Below, piece by piece: positions 55,681-64,000 of a stretch of 64,000 nucleotides of DNA. This DNA comes from Octopus vulgaris (taxonomy: Eukaryota). A program made the translations under genes and the position numbers. The notes below the pieces were generated by a model that was given only the letters and a program-made list of their open reading frames with translations, was not told the DNA's origin and ran no database searches. The stretch's first letter is position 1. Every line of letters begins with the position of its first letter. The stretch covers positions 68,200,001 through 68,264,000 of the forward strand of contig OX597833.1 in NCBI GenBank assembly GCA_951406725.2, written 5' to 3'.

Positions 55681-56341
55681 ACATTTCCATTCTTGCTGAG
55701 CTTAAAACTAATACATTTGGCTGCTGTTCCTTCGCCTATCTTCGTCTTTTGTTTACTGCAATTTTGAACTAATTATAAGCAAATATTGAACCAAGGGAAT
55801 GAGTGGTCAACACCGCATTGGTGGATAAATATTATTTGTTGATTAAGGCTACCATTGCTTTCATGTTAAGAAAGCCCTTCACAAAATTACCTCTGTTTTC
55901 GCATGGAACATCTGCGATATACACGAACAGAGATTTCCCATAAGGTACATGCCTGATCGAAGCATTTCACGCTTTCCCTTTATATTTCTAACCTCAAATG
56001 GCTTATTTTTTTTTATATCTAACACTATGTCCTCCTCCATTTCTAAGTTAAGGTTTACAGTAAAGCAACCCTGCAAAATACAACTGATCTTTACACAGAG
56101 CGGCACAGAATAACATCAATCAATCAATGGCAGCGGAGTGCACAAGCATTAGCGATCTGACTCTCACCTGTACTCTTGGCAAGAGATGCCAGTTAGTCTT
56201 TTACACCTACCACGCTCGTTCGTATTAGCCCGAGTTACTGTTGAACGAAAACTTTCCTTAGATTGAAATTTAAATCCTAATCTCTATAGAAATTTATTCT
56301 TTCGAGAAGAATTTGAATTTGTTTTAATTTATATGATTATA

Positions 56342-56716
56342 GGCGCAGGAGTGGCTATGTGGTAAGTAGCTTGCTAAACAGCCTCATGGTTCCGGGTTCA
56401 GTCCCACTGCGTGGCATCTTGGGCAAGTGTCTTCTGCTATAGCCCCGGGCCGACCAATGCCTTGTGAGTGGATTTGGTAGACGGAAACTGAAAGAAGCCT
56501 GTCGTATATATAAATATATATATGTATGTGTGTGTTTGTATGTCTGTCTCTGTTTGTCCCCGTCACTTAGCGGTTCGGCAAAAAGAGACCGATAGAATAA
56601 GTACTGGGCTTACAAAGAATAAGTCCCGGGGTCGATTTGCTCGACTAAAGGCGGTGCTCCAGCATGGCCGCAGTCAAATGACTGAAACAAGTAAAAGAGT
56701 AAAAGAGAGTAAAGAG
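56342..56716 (+). mobile_element. SINE family B with a small internal deletion
   Basis: Head and tail are intact; TTATA(GG) occurs on both sides as a possible TSD. Confidence 0.93.
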
Positions 56717-57025
56717 TTATAGGTAAAAATCTCGGACTGTAACTTCTGAACCCGAGTCAGGCGCGTGTGAACAATGTCGAGAAAAGATCTACTACGAATG
56801 ATTTGTTTTGAAACAGGGCATTCTAAGACGACCGCATGTGCTCTTTTCTTAAAACTTTGCGTTCCATTCTCTCTTCCCTCTATCACCCTGTATGAATTAA
56901 CTCACTCAACCAACCAATGTTTATATAAGCTATTGTTTATAGAAATGCTTGTGTGTGTGGGTGTCCCTGAGAATGTGTAGAAAACGTTTTCAACAGCAGT
57001 ATTAGGATTAGGAAACATTTTCTAG

Positions 57026-58368
57026 TAAAATGTAGCATGTTATTCATATTTAACCAAATCGTGCACTGCCTTGCTATGGTTTCCAAAATCAATAGAATAT
57101 TTTCTAAATCTCTTGGTAATTCTAAGGTCTCTGACAACTTATAAGAATCTCTTAATGTTCCAATTTTACATTTCTTTAACAATAAATAAATGTTAAATGT
57201 ATGGAGGGAATGGTAAAGTGACAATACTTAACAGTATCGCTACATATCAGAATTGAACGACGAAAAGAGAACAAGAATTTCAATAGCAAGAGTAAAAAGA
57301 ACTACTTTTATTGCGTTTCTTACATTTGGCTTGAAATAAGAATTTAGAAAATGTAGATTTAGCTACTATAACCTGTTGAATTATTAAAAACGTCTGCAAT
57401 GTAACAGACACCTAAGTTATTGTAATGTTCGTTTCAGCTGGAAGACGCCATGATAATTCTTAGCATCTAATCGCACGATTTCGCATGTTGAAAATAAGTT
57501 TTGAAAAATTTCAGTCACATATAGAAGTTACACAGGAATACATTTAAATATATTACTTGTATGGCGATGGTGCTATTATTATTATTATTATTATTATTAT
57601 TGTTATTATTCAAATACTCTTGGTAATATTTTCACTAGTTTAAAAAAAAAATTTAGCATCAGTTTTATTCATTTGCTACTTTTGGTCCATGTATTCTGAC
57701 TTGTTAATTCTTTCCCAGTAGACTTCTTCCGTTTAGATACATTCATCGCTGCTTATATTTTTATTTAAAGCCGGGCTCTTACTTTAGTTATGTATGAGCT
57801 GCAACTTGAGAAGTGAAATATTCATGAATTTCGTAGGCGTTGTAGCAGAGATCGACTGGCGGGTTTTGGCTTACGTGTTGCTCTTTGTGTTGGACAGATC
57901 ATGATTGATAAATGAAAGGAAAACGACTATCTCCTCAAGAATAGAGTAAAAATGACTGGAGTTCGCCCAACGAGGAGAGAACAGAACGATTACTATGAAT
58001 TGGTTAAGAGTTGAGGCAACACGTTTGTGATTTCGATAGTTGGATGTCTGTCTGTAAGAAAATTTATACCAGTTGGTAGAAGGTCATTTTCTTGATATAT
58101 CCCTAGAGATCTGTGGAGATAATATTTGCAACTGTAGTAGCAGGATAGAAGAACGGGCGATAATTCCGAAAATATGTGAAGGGTTGGCGATTAAAATGTA
58201 GCATGTTATTCATATTTAACTAAATCATGCACTGCCTTACATTGGTTTCCAAAATCAATAGAATATTTTCTAAATCTCTTGATAATTCTAAGGTCTCTGA
58301 CAACTTATAAGAATCTCTTAATGTTCCAATTTTACATTTCTTTAACAATAAATAAATGTTAAATGTAT
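57026..58368. repeat. 177-bp direct repeat pair (57026-57202 and 58192-58368)
   Basis: Colinear with about 6 mismatches; offset 1166 bp. Confidence 0.95.
57930..58192 (+). pseudogene. Possible decayed PIF/Harbinger transposase N-terminal fragment
   Basis: Frameshifted translation RREQNDYYELVK/ELRQH..WMSV..EGLAI resembles the 'YHNLVKELR...FRMS...ERLAITL' region as I recall it. Unverified. Confidence 0.3.
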
Positions 58369-58685
58369 TGAAGGGATTAAGGATTAAAGGATCTGTGAAG
58401 AAAGTCAGTGGTTGTTATGAGCTGTATTTCTGTTTTGTTTGGGTAGAACAATCATCCTTTTGGATTCTGGCTCATTCCTGCATATATTAACCACGCAAAT
58501 CAATGAGGGGATATCCTTGCTTATAGTGCGGGTTGGTATGTAGATATGCTTCTATGTAGATATGTATGCCCATATTTTACGTTGCTATCTCTCTCTCTTA
58601 TGATCCTGCCCTCTTTTTTCAGTCTGTCTGTCTATTTATCTGTCATTCTTCTCTCTTTCACACACTCTCTCTCTCTCTCTCTCTC

Positions 58686-58743
<58 letters not shown>

Positions 58744-58751
58744 AGTGTATT

Positions 58752-58789
<38 letters not shown>

Positions 58790-58961
58790 CGCAAGGTAAA
58801 AGAAAATACGGGAGGATCAGTTAATTATGATTTATTCAAGATAATCCCTTCTCAGGTTCACACGTTTTCAGTTTTCCTTAGCCCGGTAAAAGAACACGGT
58901 TAATCCTCGAACCAGACCTTTCGCTATACACATAAAATCGGGAACTTGTCGGCATCCCCAC

Positions 58962-59018
<57 letters not shown>

Positions 59019-59068
59019 CACATAACATGCATGTCTTCCTCTCTTCCCCACTCTCTGTCTGTCTCTAG

Positions 59069-59136
<68 letters not shown>

Positions 59137-60122
59137 ATTGTCTGTGTATGTCTATATAAGTTAGAATAACAGTTCCTTCTTTGTCACTATTCTGCATCTA
59201 CTTTCCTTTCAAAGGACATCTGGAAAAAATTAAGAGCAATACGCTCCTTTAAACACAAATAGCAACGGTGTTTGGTTAAATAGAGACCATCCTTCGGCAT
59301 CAATTTCACATTTGATTTACATCCGCCATACTAGTTTTTCTACCGACTGCTCTTTTAAGTTCATCATATGTATATATGCATGTATGTATGCACATATGCC
59401 GATGTGTAGGTGTGTGTGTGTGTGTGTATACCTTAATAGGAATTCTTTCCGTACTAAAAGCGATGTAATGAAATGAAAGCGTACGTACTCATAGAAGAAC
59501 GCAAACTAGAAAACTAAATTTAGATTTAGCTATTTCCGATATATCTCGGCAATGTGTGTGAATTTTAAAGTTGTGGAGGCAGTAGTGATTCTCTTAAAGA
59601 ATTTCATTTCGTTAGAATTTTACTACAACAGAAGAAAAACTGAAAATTTACACTAATGGTATAATAAATAAGCTAGATGAAGCGGTGCACACGAGGTTAA
59701 GATTTCCATTTCGTAATCGAGTGATCGTAAGTTCGAGCCGACTCTGTGTCATTTGAGATCACTTTTGGACGATCCTCGGCTTCTGATTCCATATGTGTAT
59801 ATGGCCAAATGCTGGACACTGGTCACCTCAAAATGTCTCGGTGCCTGGTGTTATTAATTTCAGTCTCACACCTATTTCGGTGTCATTGAATGACATTAGG
59901 GCATCTTTACGAACGAAGTACGCTTTCTCAAGTATCCCCACCCCCCGAGCAACTTATCTCTGTGTAACTTGGAAAACTAACTTCACTTTCGTCTCTGAAG
60001 AATTGCTCTGTACATTATATTTCCATCTCTAATCAAATCATGAAGAACAAATCTACATACATATCCGCATACGTGCATAAGAACATATACATACGCGTCC
60101 ATATATAAATATATATATGTAT

Positions 60123-60251
60123 ACTCTTTTACTCTTTTACTCTTTACTCTTTTACTTGTTTCAGCCATTTTACTGCGGCCATGCTGGACTCATTCTTTTG
60201 TAAGCCCAGTACTTATTCTATCGGTCTTTTTTGCCGAACCGCTAAGTAACG
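60123..60251 (-). mobile_element. SINE family B 3' fragment with a (GAGTAAAA)n tail
   Basis: Direct match with an internal deletion. Confidence 0.85.
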
Positions 60252-60316
60252 TATTTCTTTTATATATTTGTTGTTTTGCAAGAATCTTTATGTGACTTCG
60301 CGCGTTGAAGCACATT

Positions 60317-60520
60317 TTATTGTGTCCAGGGAGAGCCAGTCTCTTTTACTGTCTTATTAATTAACACACTCACCGGTTCGATTTCCACACAATTACTTAT
60401 TTATTTTTTCTAAAATTTTAGTTTCTTCTTCTTTAAATAAGTAAATGAGTGGAAATCGAACCGGTGCGTGTGTTAAGGAATAAGGCGTTAAAACAGAATG
60501 ACTCTCCCTAGACGCAATAA
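60317..60520. repeat. Long imperfect inverted repeat (~87-bp arms, 30-bp spacer), MITE-like or foldback
   Basis: 60317-60403 matches the reverse complement of 60434-60520, e.g. CACCGGTTCGATTTCCAC / GTGGAAATCGAACCGGTG. Confidence 0.85.
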
Positions 60521-60605
60521 TATATATGTGGCTGTGTATATGTGCGTGGCATACCTTATGAATCAGTGGATTAATACTGTTTTACAGTATTGGCGCAATA
60601 TAAGT

Positions 60606-61246
60606 GGAGGCGCAATGGCCCAGTGGTTAGGGCAGCGGACTCGCGGTCATAGGATTGCGGTTTCGATTCCCAGACCGGGCGTTGTGAGTGTTTATTGAGC
60701 GAAAACACCTAAAGCTCCACGAGGCTCCGGCAGGGGATGGTGGTGATCCCTGCTGTACTCTTGCACCACAACTTTCTCTCACTCTTACTTCCTGTTTCTG
60801 TTGTACCTGTATTTCAAAGGGCCGGCCTTGTCACTCTCTGCGTCACGCTGAATATCCCCGAGAACTACGTTAAGGGTACACGTGTCTGTGGAATGCTCAG
60901 CCACTTACATGTTAATTTCACGAGCAGGCTGTTCCGCTGATTCGGATCAACCGGAACCCTCGTCGTCGTAACCGACGGAGTGCTCTAGCAGGGGATGGTG
61001 GTGATCCCTGCTGTACTCTTTCACCACAACTTTCTCTCACTCTTACTTCCTGTTTCTGTTGTACCTGTATTTCAAAGGGCCGGCCTTGTCACTCTCTGCG
61101 TCACGCTGAATATCCCCGAGAACTACGTTAAGGGTACACGTGTCTGTGGAGTGCTCAGCCACTTACACGTTAATTTCACGAGCAGGTTGTTCCATTGATT
61201 CGGATCAACCGGAACCCTCGTCGTCGTAACCGACGGAGTGCTTCCA
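60606..61246 (+). mobile_element. SINE family C with a tandem duplication of its 3' ~258 bp
   Basis: Full copy at 60606-60985, then a restart at GCAGGGGATGG (60988) running to the CTTCCA end. Confidence 0.95.
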
Positions 61247-61696
61247 GTGTTCTACAAACCCTTGATACCTGAAGGCAATGAAAGCTAGACAGTCTTGGAA
61301 AAGCTTCCATCATAGGTCGGTTCAATCAGGAGTGAACTGCCGAAAACCAAACAAAGACAACAACAGTATTAAATACCATTCTCTGATGCACCGACGTATT
61401 TCGATAAACTGCTAATTATAAAATCGAGATTTCTTATACTATCCAACTATTTTGTTTTTATTGATCAATTGTTTTTCGCGATGTTCATATCGATTATCCT
61501 ATTCTTTATTCTCTATTGAAACTCAGTCTGTTTATTATTGTATCATATCCTCATGTTTTTCTTCCTTTCATTCTGATCGTGTCAATAACTTTTTTACTAA
61601 CCAACTAGAACGATCACACGATCAATTTATTGAGACATTCATACAGACAGACAGACATACATACATATATACACACACACATGCATACATCTTCTG

Positions 61697-61908
61697 TTAT
61701 TCTTTTATTCATTTCCTTTTTTGCCATTTCACTGCGTCCATGCTGGAACACCGCCTTAATCGAACAAATCAACCCCAAGACGTATCTTTTGCAAGCCGAG
61801 TACTTATTCTATCCGACTCTTTGCCGAACCGCTACGTTACGCGGATGTAAACATACCAACATTAGTTGTCGAGTGATGCTGGTAGGAAAAAACACAGACA
61901 TACAAATA

Positions 61909-61951
<43 letters not shown>

Positions 61952-62122
61952 CTATATATAAGGTGGGCTTATTTCAGCTTCCATCTACCAAATCTATTCA
62001 CATGGCTTTGGTCCGCCCGATGTTATAAAGAAGACACTTGCCCAAGGTGCCACGCAGTGGGACTGAACCCAGAATCCTGTCGTTTGAAAGCAAACTTCTT
62101 ACTACACACCCGCTCCTGCGCC
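61697..62122 (-). mobile_element. SINE family B, diverged full length
   Basis: Head, (CA)n interior and tail. Confidence 0.85.
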
Positions 62123-62127
62123 TTATG

Positions 62128-62165
<38 letters not shown>

Positions 62166-62831
62166 TATATACACACTTTTATTCCTCTCTATATTTCTCT
62201 CAATCTTTCAATCGGTGTCTTTACATCTTCATTATTTCTTTGTACGTGTCTACTTCTATACTGCTCAAATCCCATATACTGTTCACCCACGGACTCACAC
62301 GGGTCAACGAAATCCTTTTTGATGTCGACGACGTCGCCGTTGTTGTTGTAAACTAAGTCAACGCTCATTTTGCAGAGCAAAACTAAAACGAAAGATCCTC
62401 TGTATTATACTACACGCATTTTCTGTTTTGAAACGTTAGCGTATAGTTGGAAGCGGATTTGCTGTTTATACTTGCAAACTTCTTTTATGTCCTTACAAAA
62501 TGCTATGCATGTAGATTGAGCGGGTGTTTCTTTTGAAGCAGAAATCTCATAAACGAAAACCTAAAAGATGTCTAGGTATTGGACAGGTAACATCCTAAGT
62601 GTGAAAATTCGCTCGTGCTAAAACACAAAAAGGCAAAATGTATCACCACCGAATTGCATGGTGACATTTCAGCTTTGCATCGACACCTTCAGGAAATGAT
62701 CATGTTCAATGGCTGATCATACTGCAGGCATTAAATCAAATTTACTTGCAAACGGAACATAACACATTGTGATGGGGCCGGCACATGACTTTATAGGTAT
62801 AACTTATCTTCTCTCAGAAATTCTGTCAACC

Positions 62832-62940
62832 GAGGTCGACTTTGCCTTTTATCCTTTCGGTGTCGATACATTTAGTACGTTTGTCTGTCCTTGTTTGTCC
62901 TCTCTATGTTTATCACCTTGTGGGCAATAAAGAAATAGGT
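62832..62940 (+). mobile_element. 5'-truncated SINE-A with a 13-bp TSD
   Basis: AATTCTGTCAACC at 62819-62831 and 62941-62953; the element ends AAAGAAATAGGT. Confidence 0.9.
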
Positions 62941-63836
62941 AATTCTGTCAACCTAGTTACTCTGGTAACTGAGTTACTGTGGTAAACATAGTAACGATGG
63001 TAAAGCGAATAGAGACTCAGTGAAATGAGCCTTTCTCATGACGGTTCTCAGAGTATCCGAACTCAGGACATCTTGATTGAGAAACAAAGTTATAACCATA
63101 AAGTATATCTTCTAAATTTTCCATATAGGTTCGGCTCACAAACACACACTCTCTCACACACACAGGCACACCCATGTTGTCTGGTGAAACGGATCATTTA
63201 CACACGACCTTATCTCACAAAACAAAATATTCTTTCATCCGGGTCTATCAATCATGTATGTATTTGATAATGTCCTTGTACAGTTATCATCATATTCATG
63301 TTCTTTCTGTATTCTGTGTTTCCTTTCTTCCTTGTTTACTATCCTTCCGTTAACTTCAATTGGTTTCTAATTCTCTGCGCACATAATTTTGGCCTCTACG
63401 CTGTCTATCTTCTTTGTATCAGCATTTCAACTCACCTATGACTCCAGCTGACAAGGAAGATAATATATTTCAAGACCAATCATTAGTAATTGACAAGTAC
63501 ATGTAAGATAAAGCACGGTGTGTAGTAACATTGTAAACACACATGATTGCCATGACATTTTGGTTCGACTATATCACTGCATGCATTAACACTTTCTTAA
63601 TTAATTTCACAACCTTTCTCATAAGCTAGATTGGAAATTTGAAAAGCGGAAAGTAGTAGAGAAAATAGAATGGTTTACTATGAGGGAATAATGGGAACCG
63701 CTGAAAGGTCATTAACGGTAGAGGCGGAGAAGAACTGAAACACAGGCAGAATTTTACCCACTTTCACATTCGGGTTCTTGTGCAGGTGAGAATCGCTAAA
63801 ACAGATAAGAGGGAAAAATCAATTTAAATAGATGTC

Positions 63837-64000
63837 TTTCTAAAGTAGGTACAAGGCCTGAAATTTCGGGGTAAGGTGTAGTCAATAACAACGGTACAAG
63901 TGATATTTATTTTATTAAACCCGAAGGAGGAAAGTAAAGTTGGTCTCGAAGTTGATTTACCTCAGATCCGGAAGAAATGCCGCTAGCGGTTTTGTCCGAC
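63837..64000 (-). mobile_element. SINE family A alternative-tail copy, degenerate, running off the window
   Basis: CAAGGCCTGAAATTT tail and CCCGAAGGAGGAAAG core. Confidence 0.55.

Noticed and set aside
55880-56940. Possible decayed GIY-YIG/Penelope ORF on the minus strand
   Set aside because: Only a KEH-like word is present amid stops, which is insufficient without an HMM search.

Overview
This is AT-rich, repeat-saturated eukaryotic non-coding DNA, most likely intronic or intergenic sequence from a coleoid cephalopod. An Octopus-like origin is inferred from the SINE families and the extreme microsatellite load. No intact protein-coding gene is supported: nearly all listed ORFs are microsatellite or SINE read-throughs. 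The window contains: (i) four tRNA-derived SINE families, labelled here A (Meta-domain-like), B (internal microsatellite), C (tRNA-Arg-like head) and D (CORE-like); (ii) a (TAA)n-embedded repeat, family E; (iii) three non-autonomous Helitrons; (iv) decayed LINE RT and Harbinger-like fragments; (v) many micro- and minisatellites; (vi) about 12 minimal type-I hammerhead ribozyme motifs in short Penelope-like, (TA)n-associated and often inverted-repeat elements. The most notable observations are a hammerhead family with a fixed non-canonical core (CUGUNGA) and stem covariation, a long-stem-II hammerhead family, head-to-tail SINE-A multimers that share one junction at three loci but carry locus-private variants, and a SINE flanked by an 81-bp direct repeat.
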